DNA from: Selaginella moellendorffii
Lineage: Eukaryota > Plantae > Lycopodiophyta
Length of the DNA: 64,000 nt
Direction: 5' to 3'
Assembly (NCBI RefSeq): GCF_000143415.4
Contig: NW_003314301.1
Coordinates: 464,745-528,744, forward strand
Position numbers and translations under genes: made by a program
Shown: positions 1 through 11,800 of the stretch, piece by piece
Numbering within the stretch: the stretch's first letter is position 1
Layout: each line of letters begins with the position of its first letter
The notes under the pieces: generated by a model
The model's input: the letters and a program-made list of their open reading frames with translations, nothing else
The model's database searches: none
Told to the model about the DNA's origin: nothing

Positions 1-108
1 ACTCTTTAAGTATAGCCCCACTTCTAGGACCATCACATGTCAATATCAAATAGTGATATACTTGACTGCTATTAAGAGTTGAACTAAAGAATAACTCTGA
101 TACCAAAT

Positions 109-941
109 TGTAAGCGATTACTTTTTCCATTTTACTTTAGTCACTTAACTACACTTTTGACCATTTAGAGGAGTCTCACACACAACCTCTATAAGTCTTA
201 TTACCGACTTGGGGAGTTGCTAACCCCATGATTGTCCTTTATACCACTTTACCTTTGCACTTGGTCCAAATGCTTTATGTATCCAATCCCACAACAGATA
301 TTCAAAGATACCACTAACATATCAACTTATTACACTAAGGTTATATCCATTCATCTTTATCCCATTGGTAGTTCAAGACCACTTGACCACAGTTCTGTTT
401 CTCAAAGATTGGGCCATCCATCCATGAGTGGTCATTTTATAACCACATTTTAGCATCTTTAAGATGCCCAAAGATATAGGGAACACCTATCTTTAATATC
501 CCTTTTTCAGTCCCTACCAAGTCTTTTTCCATCTATGGTTATGCTCACCAACACCACTATTGGGTTATGGCTTGAAGGCTTAACCACTAAGTCCTATTGA
601 CCTCTAAAACTTCCTTACCATGTGACTATATTTTTGGTCACTGCATAAGAGGATTACTCCTCTTCCTTTTCACAATCCAGGATTTTGGGATAACATTTCA
701 ATCTTGACACTTCCACATGTCATCACACTTCCATGTGTCAAACTTTACATCCCTTTTTAGAGACTCATTCATCAATTGTTTCATGCTCATTCTTCAACCC
801 CTTTTTGGGAGTTCCACTCCCACTTTTGACTTTCTAGGTCAGAACTTTTAATCCAAAACATATTACATTCATTGGACTCCTACTTTGATCACTGAGCACA
901 CTTTTGGGTTCACTTTAGGGCTTAGTGATTTAGGTTTCACA
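109..941 (-). mobile_element. Degenerate LTR (family A), 5' LTR of a minus-strand element whose internal region runs off the left edge
   Basis: TG...CA termini (tgtaagcga...tttcaca), homologous to the LTRs at 16682, 22495 and 34755. Immediately preceded by ctctgatacca (95-105), the reverse complement of the tRNA-iMet PBS TGGTATCAGAG. Lacks the central tandem-repeat block. Confidence 0.8.
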
Positions 942-1839
942 AGATGCTTGAGATTGACACTATTATTGCCTATGTTTAAAGACAAGGGTGAGGACATGAT
1001 CATGGCTATGATGTTCACTACTAAGCATGTGATGAGGTTAGCTATATGTATCAGTGTTGTCAATATTTCCTAAATTGGCATCTTTCATTTTCTAGGTGGA
1101 GGCCATAATGTTAATAATGTCTTATTGTTGCTGCTATGGTGGAAGGTTTTGATATAAAAATTCTTCAAGGAAATGAGGAATTATATAAGTAATGGAGGGT
1201 CTTTATTTGAATAAATCAATGACTCCTTTATTCTTTTTTTAGGAGTATTATCAAGGGGTGCACTTAGCACTAGCTCATATAGTTTAGTTTACTTTCCAAA
1301 ATTGTTTTTATAAAAAGAGATCCCTTTTTATGTTGGTGGATATGAGTTTGAATGTATCTTTTATTGCTCAATATATTGCCATATACTGTTATCTACAATT
1401 GTATCATGCAACAGAGCCAATCGTTATTCTTTATGGCAATAGTTGTGCATAAGCATTCGCACTAGATAAGACAAACATAACTATATATGTAAATGATCTC
1501 AAGCTTGAACTTCAAGTGTTGCAACTAGTGCTAAGTTAAACTTTTAACATAATCATTAGTTATAGTGTATGTGACTTTGAGACTTCTCCCGTTTATTTAT
1601 ACTCCTTTATATTTCTTTCATTCCTTTTACTTTTATTCCATTTCATTTACCTTTACCTTCATCACTTTTGTGTTCTTATTATTACTTTATTCCCTTCTTA
1701 TTCTTTATTCTTCTATTTCCTCTTTAGATCCTTCACATAGTTTTTATGTTGTGGTAGTTGATCGACTCAAGTAGGAGTATGTTGATTTTTTTTACTTTGG
1801 CTTATCATTTGGGGCCAAGATTGCAACCTATCATCCTAA

Positions 1840-2335
1840 TCCAACTAAAGATGTTCATCTGATCAAGGTTCTTATTTAGTATCAAAGGAAATTAAAATTT
1901 TATGTGCAAATGTTAAAAAGATGTTGGAGAAGGGTTCATCTGTTAAATGATATAAAGATTTCAAATGTGTACTTACTTTCTTATATAGTTGATTTTCTAA
2001 ATTATTTGGGGTGCAACCGTTAGTTTACCAAGTTAGATACTATTTCTAGGTACTAGCAAGTGTTGATTGCTAAGGAGAAGACTACTTTCTATATATTATT
2101 TTATTTATATAGGTCTTTGGTGATGCTATTTAATTTGAATAATGCTTTAGTTACTTTTCAACAAATAATAGACAAGATTCTTTATGATATACTAGAGGTG
2201 ATTACCAATTTCATTGATAATGTCTCAATCCACTCATATAGGACATAGAAGCACATTCATGATATCCATAATGTGTTGAATTGACTATATAAAAATTAAA
2301 GTTATTAAAGTGCATGTTTGGATTCAAGTATAAAC
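1840..2335 (+). pseudogene. Ty3/gypsy reverse transcriptase remnant
   Basis: ORF 2060-2248 KEKTTF..LYRSLVMLFNLNNALVTFQQIIDKIL..FIDNVSIHS aligns by eye to the gypsy RT pattern KTAF..MPFGLTNAPATFQRLM..YxDD. Heavily AT-decayed. Confidence 0.7.
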
Positions 2336-2339
2336 AACT

Positions 2340-3270
2340 AAAGTTTCTAATCTACTTTAGTCACTTAACCACATATTAGACCATTTGGAGGAATCTTACT
2401 CACAACCTTTATATGTCTTATTCCTAAATTAGGACTTGTTAGCCTTGTGAATGGCATTTATGCCACTCTACCTTTTGCACTTTGTCCAAGTGCTCCATAT
2501 GTCCAATCTTACAATAAATACCCAAATGTACCACTAATATATTAGTTTATTATGCTAATGCTATATCTATTCAATTTTATCTCATTGGTAGTTTAAAACC
2601 ACCCATACTATAGTCCTGTCTCTCAAAGACTGAACCATCCATCCATGAGTAGTCATCTTATAACCACACATTAGCATATTTAAAATGCCCAAAAACATAA
2701 GGAATACCTCCTCAAATATCCCTTCTTTGGTCCCTACCAAATCCCTCTCTCTCTATAGCAATACTCACTAACACCACCATTAGGTTAAGGCTTAAAAGCC
2801 CAACCATTAAGTCTTATTGACATCTAAGACTTCCTCATCATATGACTATACCCTTAGTCACTACATAAAAGGATTTTTTCTCTTCCTTTCCACAGTCTGA
2901 GGTTTTAGGATGACATTTCAAAACACCATAGCCCTACACAATTCTCATGGATACTTCTCCTATCTTCTGCATCTGGTGCTCTAGTCAAGTGGCTAGAGCA
3001 AAGTTCCAATAAGCCATGCTAGGTATCCAAGTACATAGTGTTACCCACACTTGGATTGGGAGCATTGATCATCTGATCTCCTAAGGGAGCTAAAATTATC
3101 TCTTAAATATTTCACCAAGTTACTTTATTTGTCCATTTATATTCACTCTAGCCTTAAACTCCATAATAGTTATATTTTCAAGGTATACCCTTCCTAAGCC
3201 AACCTTTCTTATCCAACTGATTTAAATGAAGTTCAACTTTCCCTACTATACTTTTGGAACCACATTGCCA
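2340..3270 (-). mobile_element. Truncated, degenerate family-A LTR fragment
   Basis: ctactttagtcacttaaccac... through ccctactatacttttgga is collinear with the first ~950 nt of the LTR at 22495. Confidence 0.75.
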
Positions 3271-3449
3271 AGTAAATGATGTTTTAGAGTTATGGTTTAT
3301 GGTTAGTATGCTTGATATAGAAACTCAACACATCTAATTTATAAGATAATAAAAACACCTAATTTCAATTGCCATGGACACTTGGCCAGAAGGGCTAGGT
3401 TGGGGGGTCATGGTCATACTCAAAAGTTGAACAATATTGATGACCATGT

Positions 3450-4560
3450 TAAGGTACATGGTCTCATGATGCTGCTTGAGGGGACATGCTTGCCTAATGC
3501 TCAAATTCTCGTAGCTACATTCAAGAAAAGTTATGGCCTTAGAGAAAGGAATGGCTCTTCTTTGGACATGAGACTGGACTCCAAAGTGTTCATGACAAGA
3601 TCTTTGATAGATCTGTACATGAAGTGTGGCACTATGGATGGAAAGTTTTCGAGAAGACACCAGGGCGGGATATGGTTTTATGGAGCTTGTCTACGTCTCA
3701 AATGGTGAAGAAGAGGGAGCTCTAGAGCTCATCAAGTTTGTGGAGGTGGATGATGATGTGATCGGTTGACCATTCCCTCCGGACTCAATCTCTGTGCATG
3801 CTTGGGACCCAGAGGAAAATGGAGAGAGGCATGGCATTCCACTTTCAAGCTTACCATGCCGGCTGGAATGACTACGAGGTGGCTCGCGGCCTTGTGGTGA
3901 TGTACGTGAAGTGTGGGAGCATGGGGGATGCTCGCCGAGAGAGATGATGTCACAGCATGGAACTCGATGGTCTTGGGCTATGCCGAGAACAAGCAAGCAG
4001 TGCTGTTCTTGGAGCTCTTTCGAGAGATTCCTCCTCAAGTTTTGGACGCTCACAGATTGGCTGCTGCTCTCGAGGCTTGTGGAAGCCTGGCGTCTGTGGA
4101 ACCGGGCAAAGCCACTCATGCTCTAGCTTGCCGCTTGGGGATGGAAGTATCTCTCATCGTTGGGACTAGTTTGGTTGACTTCTATGGCAAGTGTGGAAGC
4201 ATGGTGGACACTCGACTGATTTTTTATGGGATCTTTCCCAAGAAGCTAGCGGCCTGGACGGCTTCCATGGAAGGCTATGGCCGTCAAGGAAGCTCCAAGC
4301 TTGTGATGGAGCTTCTTTGTGGAATGGAAGAGGAGGGCTTTCGACCGGACGCTAAAACTCTGGCTAGCGTTATCAGCAGATGTGATTCCTTCCCAGGATT
4401 ATTCCCTGCGCATGGTGGAGCCAATGAATTACATGCCGCAGTAGACATGGTTAGCTCGATGGAAAGTGTTAGCAACGCTATGTTGGTGAGAATTATCCTA
4501 GATGCTTGTAAGGTGGAAGAATCTTCAGGTGGCATTCAAGCGTTTGATGGATTTGGATGA
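3450..4560 (+). pseudogene. PLS-class pentatricopeptide repeat (PPR) gene relic
   Basis: PPR motifs SLIDLYMKCG, AWNSMVLGYAEN, GTSLVDFYGKCGSMVDTRLIF and EGFRPDAKT are split over ORFs 3382-3708 and 3913-4560 with frameshifts. Confidence 0.75.
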
Positions 4561-4655
4561 GTTTGATTCAGTGGCTTATGTACTATTTGCATCCAGCTAT
4601 GATTAAGTGCAAATAATTCACTTAGTTATTCTTTCTTCGTAAGAACGTGTCTGCT

Positions 4656-5588
4656 CTAAATGGAGCGAGCGGCAAAGGTTAGAGCTCCAAGACCAATGGT
4701 GATAGCAATGGGGCCTCCATACTTGGTGCCAAACTCTGCCATATTCACGCAAGAGTCGAGCATGGAGTAGAGTAGAGTGTGCTTCTGGCGATGTTGTAAA
4801 GAGCACGAACTGGGGCGAGCAGTGACTGGTATGCATATGGGAGGTATTCGCTTGCACCAAGAGCATTGAACAGAGAATCTAAGAACCATTCGCTGTGAAC
4901 AGAGGCCACTACAAGAATGTCGCCCGAGAGTGTCAAGGGGTTGTAGAGTCCCAGCTTGTCAACCTTTGAGATCTCTGCGTATATCAAGATTGTGTTATTA
5001 CAGAACATTAGGATGTGTGGTTTTTTGTACCTGTGATTGGTGAGGCTCCAGAGATTGTGGACAGGCTATCTCCAACTTTGAGATCAGCAGCTCGCTTGTA
5101 AATTGTCTCTCCTTTCGTATTAACTGGGACAAAATGACCGGCTGTAAGCTCCAAGGTGTTGGCTTTGGTCTTGACTTGCACGAATTCAGAAACAACATCT
5201 AGATCCTTGTGACCAAATGCGTAGATATCCGAAAATGAGTTATTTCCAACAGCAACCTGTAGAAACTTATTAATCATATGAAGCAAAGTGGATTACTAGC
5301 TAGGATCTTGCCTTATCTCCAATCTTAAGTTCCTTCATGGTCTTCATTTCCCCACTGTACATTGAACCAAGATAGATATTGCATGTACTTAGCACGGTGT
5401 AATTTGTAGAGGATAACTTTATTACCTGGAAAGCAATCACTACATATTCCATTGTTACATGTGAGTGCAACTAGCCCCTGAGCTGTGCAATCAGCACTAG
5501 TGTTGCACTTCACTATATTAATAGCAAACACGGTGGAAAACAATCCAAGAAGAGAGATCACAGCAAACACAGCAGCTGGAGAAGCCAT
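4656..5588 (-). pseudogene. Secreted Hedgehog-type Hint (Hog) domain gene with apparent lesions
   Basis: Signal peptide, a small 4-Cys domain, then CFP, MKELKIGDKV, LELTAGHFV, RAADLKVGD, GLYNPLTLSG and VASVHS (Hog/Hint blocks), followed by an SRR-like helix and a hydrophobic tail. Exons approx 5588-5426, ~5378-5312, 5256-5031, 4974-4656. Frameshifts near 5362 and ~4780; acceptor degenerate near 5379. Confidence 0.8.
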
Positions 5589-5823
5589 TGACTTTCAAGT
5601 ATACTTAACGAAACACTAAAATCATTGGCCATGCACTGCTTAAATAGGATGAACTTAAACGCAATTACACCCAAGTTCAACAATGAAAAACATAATGGTG
5701 AGTAAAAATTCATTGAAAGCATACAAAGTAAATTATAGGTTTTTTACTATGATAGAAATCACAACATTTAGAGAGAATTTTAGTCCTCGGTAGCCCTTCT
5801 AGAAGAGAAATGCTTGACGAACT

Positions 5824-8800
5824 TCACTGGTTCCCTCTACCACCCCTGCCTCTGCCGCCCTTGTTAGTTTTCGGTGCTCGGACAACCCGGTTCCTCAGTG
5901 TTTCTGGGGACGAAGGAGACGCAGCACTCCGCTTTCTCTCCTTAGCTCTTTCCCGGGCCCTCTCGTTCAAGTTTATAGTGGTGCTTGTCACTGCTGGTGC
6001 TGGTGGTGTTCCTCCTCCTGTTGGTGGTGTTGTTACTCCTCCTGTTACTGCTCCTGGATTTGGCCTTTCAGCTTCAGCCATCCCGGCAGCCTCTCCTTGC
6101 TCGAAAGAAGTCTCGGCCGCCATCTCGGTGGAAGTCGTCTCCTGCGGGGTGTCACCTGCGTCTTTGCCAAGCTCTTCCTGCTCTTTGACGTCTTCCATCT
6201 CAAACTCTCCTTCTGTTCCAGCCTCCTCCACAGTTCCAAGTGAAATCTCGCCGTCTTCCACGTCTAGACTCATCCCGTTGTCGGTCTCGTTAGTCGTCGC
6301 TTCTCCTACCTCTGTTGCCTCCTTTTGCTCCGGTTCCACGTCCACTTGGAACTCGAACATTACAGGCGACTTCGGCTCAGAGATCTCAATGACTGGCTCG
6401 TCCGCTGTCCCGGAAGAACTTCCCTGCGCTAGCTGCGGCTCTGGCGACTTCTCCTTGAGCTTGCTGCCACTTCCATCAAAGTCATCTAGCAAAGACTCCG
6501 GACGAGAGAAACGGACCCGCCTCTGAGGAGCGGCAATGTCTGCGGCAAGATCAGCGCCCTCCAGCGACGGTAACTCCTGCTGCTCTTCATCAAGTTCCTG
6601 GAGCTTTGGTTCCTCCACTGCAGTCGTAGTAGCAGCGTCCACTTCTGGCTCTGTGGCTGGCTCGTCGTTCCTGGCCTTCTTTAAAGGTGGCAAGACTTCG
6701 CTTCTAGAGTCTTGCTGCTGTATGGTCTCGGTGTCCAAGCTCTCTGACGACGTTCTCTTGTGACCAGCAGGCACCGCAATCTCCATAGGTATTGCCACTA
6801 GTGCGTTCATGTCATTCTCGACCACCGCGTCAGGAACTCGAGCAGTCTCGCCCTCGGCCTCGGAAGTCCCTTCGCCAGCCGCGTCCAACGAGGATTCCAC
6901 AGCTTCCGCTCCAGACTCGGATTGGCTGGAAGTCTCCATCCTAGGCCGGATTATACGCCTCCCAGAGCGACGAGTTTGGGTTTGGAATTTCTGGAACACA
7001 CAGACGCAATTGAGAATGCCTTCCTTCAACTTAAAAATAATGTGTACCTCTTTCTCGATGATACTGGCGCGAAGCGCTTGCATTGCCCTCAACTTATCAT
7101 CCAGAATAGGTGCTGATGGCGGCCGTTGTACAGCTCTTGGGAACGGAACCGACGGCCTCACTATGCTTAGATGCATGGGAACTGGAGGAGTCGGAGTCGG
7201 AGTTGGAGCCGGAGCTGGAGCCGAAGCCGGAGCTAGCACAGCCGGAGGAGGCACGTTGACAACTGGTGGTGTTGTAGAAGTTTCGTGCTCAGGGGCTGCG
7301 ACAACTGGTGCTGGAGTAAGCTCGGCAGCCATATCATTCAGCTGTTCAACTGTCGCAGAAAAAGTTTTAGAGCTCGCCTCCGCGTTTATGATGGTGGTGC
7401 TAGTCTCAGCTCCTTGGATTTGCTGCAACTGTACCACGGCATTCACGAGACCTGGATAAGTAAGAAAAATTACCTGTCGTAGTTGCTCGTTTTCTTGTTT
7501 CACTGCCTGCAGGTCTTCGAGAAATCGTTGTTTTTCCTGAAAACCACTATGAGCGTTCAGCTGTGGAGAAAAGCAGCTTACCGTGGTTGCTTTTTGCAGC
7601 AGCTCCATCAAAGCCGTCCTGTCTTTATCGATTTTAGATTTCGATTTATCCCTTTCTTTCTCCAAGGTTTTCTCGAGCGTCTAGACAAGAAAAATGTTAA
7701 AACACAACAGTAGGAAAAGGAAAGTAACCCACTTGAATTCTTGAGTCTTTCTCGATCGCCTCTCGTTGAGCTAGCTCGTAACGTGCAACGTTTTCTCTTT
7801 GAGCTTGTTCTAACCGCAATGCAGACTCCCTTTGGCATGCCTCGAGTGCTTCTTGATGCACCGGCAACTTGCCGGACTTGAGTTCTTCAATTTCTTTTTG
7901 CATCACTTCTCTGTCCTTCTCATATTTCCGCTGTTTCATCAAGACTTGGGTTAAAGAAATCAGGCAAGGTGAGCCTCACCTTTGTTTGGGTCAAGATCTT
8001 CCTGTTTCTCTCGACTTCGGCTCTCAGAGACGCCTGAAGAAACATATCAGTTAACGCCAACCACATGACTTTCAAATCACTCACCTCTAATTTTACAGCA
8101 TCTTGAAACCTTCGCTCTAATTCTGCTTGAGTCTCGGTTCTTAGAGCAAGCTCCTGTTCATACTTTGCGATGGTTTCGCGCCACATCGACGTCTCTGAGC
8201 CAATTCGTTCCTGCTTTTGACCATGTAAAGCCAGTTTGATGTAAAGTACGAAGTTATACCTGTGTCTGTACCAGCAAAGCCTTCACTCTTTCATAATCAT
8301 CGACATCTAGAGACTTGTACTTCTCCAACATCTGTACCCCCACATCAATCGTAGTTTAAAAAAAGCGCAAGTACTAACCTGAGTACATCTTTGTTCCCAG
8401 CGACGAGTTTCGGCTTTTGAGACTTCCACTTCTTGTGCACGGGCGTGAAGTTCGAGTTGCAATTCCGTTACAGTTCTTTTAAGGGATTCATTCTCCTCTT
8501 CAAGTTTTTGAAACCTCCCTTGCAATTCCTGAAAATACAGAAGTAAAAAAGGAGCCTGCAACATTGATAGCTCTACCTTATTCTCATCAAGGACTCTCTT
8601 AATTTCCTCCTGAAGCTGCCCATTGTTGCCGCGCAAGATATTCGTCTCCATAACCTGTGAACTAACGTTTAGTGTAGCAAGCGTAGCTTGAGCCAATACC
8701 TGTGCCTGAAGCGCCCGAAATTCCTCATCAGTATACACACTAGCACGAAGATTTTCATGATGTTGACGTAGTTTCGTTTGAGCTTCTTCCGCAGAACGGG

Positions 8801-11800
8801 ATGCTGCCTCAAACTAAAATAAATAATAGTGAATTACCAAGAAGGAAAGTATGACAGCAATACCTGTTTACATAGACGAACTCGTTCTTGTTTAAGTAAA
8901 GAAATCTCCGTATCCGCCTGCAAAACAGATCACAATAAAATATATAGAAGTCACGACCGCGAACGCTTACCGCTTCTTTTGCTCTTCGCAAATACTGCAC
9001 TACACGCTGCAGCTCGGGCTCCTCATGATTTTCGTCACCCACATCAGCACTCGTCGAGGCCCTGCGGTCCTTCTCGGCTGAGGTTATATGCTTCGCTTCC
9101 AAGCGATCCAAAAGAAAACGATTCTGCAAAACGAAGTTGTTAAGACGCAAAACTACTTTTCGGGGTTTATACCTGTTCATCGAGCTCCTGCAAACGTTTT
9201 TCCATATCAGCTTTATGCGCCTCTAGCGAAGCCTTCTCCATGAAGAAAGTTACTTTCACAGATTCCTGTATAGTAGAAAGATGAGCGGTTTCTGGCCATA
9301 ACTCTTGCGTAGCCTACCAGTTCTGCTTCTGCTCTTTCGGCCTTTTCACAATACTTGTTCTCCTGCTGTTCGAGGTTCGCTAGTTTCTCATTCACCGCAC
9401 TCAGCTCGCGAATAGTATCCGCTTGCAACAAAACCTGCACAAGGACTATATTGGAAACAAATAGCTGCGACTGATATTTAACCTGTCTTTCGTAATTATT
9501 CTGGGCTTCCCGCCATCGTTGATGCTCTTTTCTTAGATCCTCTTTCAAAACTTTAATTCGCTCTTCCGCTTGCTGTATCGCGCCTCTGAACGCCATCAAC
9601 CGTCACAAAACCAGTTACGAAAAGCGAGACACCTACTCTTTTAGCGCCTCCGCGTTCTTTAGAGAAGCCACTTCTTTCAAAGCGTTTCGAAGTTCCGCTT
9701 CTCTATTAGCATTAAGCTGCCCATCTTCTCTTTCCTTTTCCAGGGAATGCGACTCCACCTCAGAAAGATGCTTCTGCAGTATCTTCAATTCTGAGTCCAC
9801 AATGTCCTTTGATTTCGTGGCCTGCAAAACCACAATTAGCTGCATAAATCACAAGAATAAGTGCTCACCTCCTCTTTGAACTTCGAATGTGCCTCCTCCA
9901 TCTTCTTTAACGCCTCTTCATTAGCTTGCGCAATATTTTTATACTAACAAGAGATACACCAGTAATTTAAAGAATTCAAACAACTTGTATGAGATCAAAC
10001 CTGCTCAACGTGGGTTCTTGAGGCAAGTAACTCCTCCCTAAGCGTTTCTAGTTCTTCACGAGTATGTTGAAGGGTGGCCAGTACCTGAACACGTGAAATG
10101 TTAGAAAAATAAACAACAGAGAGAAAGAGAGAAAGCCTTACGTTGTTCTCCATATCTTCCGATCCAGAAATTTGCTTTCCACCGGCAACGACAGCCATAA
10201 TCTAAGAATAATATTTCCTGGTGAGTAACAGACAAGAGAGCATCTCTATACCTTCTCATCTGCCCTTCTGAGGTTGGCCTCAAGTTCCAGACTGCGAACC
10301 TGGGAATAAAAGAAAACTCAGAGCAAGAGATGAAGAATAGCTAACCAACCTCGGCAACCTTCGCACGTGTTTCTGATGCTGACAACGCTGCAAGTGCTTC
10401 TTTGAGTTCTAGACCCAATGCCTCTCTGCGCTCCATGGCCTTGTCCCGTTCAGAGGTAATGCTACGTGCATAATTACGCTCAAGTTCTAGTTTATGCTTC
10501 GCATCGACCCATTCCCTCTGGAATTATATGTTAGTTGAAGCACAAATAACGGAAGTACACGCCTGCATTCGATTCACGTCATCCTCCAGTTTTTTCTTTT
10601 CCGCTGTCCAGGCTCCCTAGAAATAGATAAATGATCAGTTTTAACACAAAACTAACACGAGGAGGTACCTCGCGAACTTCATTTGTAGTTTCAATGGTAT
10701 CTAGTGTTGCCTGAAAGTTATAAAGACTGTAAGAACATGTCCAGGACGCAAACCATGTAAACCTGCAAACGATGTACTCGATCAGACAACTGCGATACTT
10801 CCTGAGAAGCCCGTTTTTCGGCAGATTCCAGCAGAGCTTTCTCGCGCTCAAGAACAGAAACCTGAAATAGAAATGCACAGTACAGGGACAGCAGCCTGAA
10901 TTTCTATTACCTCTATCGAGAGTCTTCTTGCTTCATCTTCGGCTCTTTTGACGTTTTGAGTGCTTTCTCTGAGCCTACGCTGGTAATCAGTTACAGATTG
11001 TGAAAGCTCCACGTTTCTCTCGAGTATTGAGTTCGTTTGTAATCGCTGTAATTCGCATTGTCTATGACAGCAACACACGATATCACTGTCTTACCTGACT
11101 TTCAGACTCTCGCGTCATCGACGCCAGCTTTTCCTTTGCAAAGGTTGCCTCCGCCTCGAATCGAGCGCATTCAACACGAGCCGAAGTAAGACTATGCCTG
11201 TGGAAAAAAGATGAGAATGATCCCACGACAATAGTCACCTGACCTGGTTTGGCTCAACTCCCCTTCGACTGTTTTCATCTGCTCCAGAGCAGCATTGAGC
11301 TGCCTACGACATTCATCCTATAAGAGAAGGAGTGCTCGTAAATTAACGAACCATTTGAAAGAAAACATCGAATTACATGTGACGTTTCCATTAGGCTCCT
11401 TACATCCCGTCCATCACCATCTTAAACAAGGAACGAGAAACATAAGAACAAAACTACAGAAAAGAAAACGAACCTAAAGAACGTGCTCCAGGTGTTACTG
11501 CGAATGTAGAACGAATCCCTCGCTCCTCTTCATAGAGTCTTTTATACATCCCAACCTGGGTAGAAAATCTGTATAGACCTCTCGAGACAAAAAGCACAAA
11601 CTTACAGTTCCCTGAAGCGATTCAATAATTTGAGCCTGCTCCTCAGCCCTTTTCAGCACAATGGCTACTTTCTCAGATGCTTCGTCTATTCGACCTTTGA
11701 GGCGAGACTCAAATTCTTCCTAAAACGAAACCATCAGCAAACCACATCTTGAGCTCTAGTCATTTACTCTTAGTTCTTGCTCCTTCTTTTCATTTTGTTC

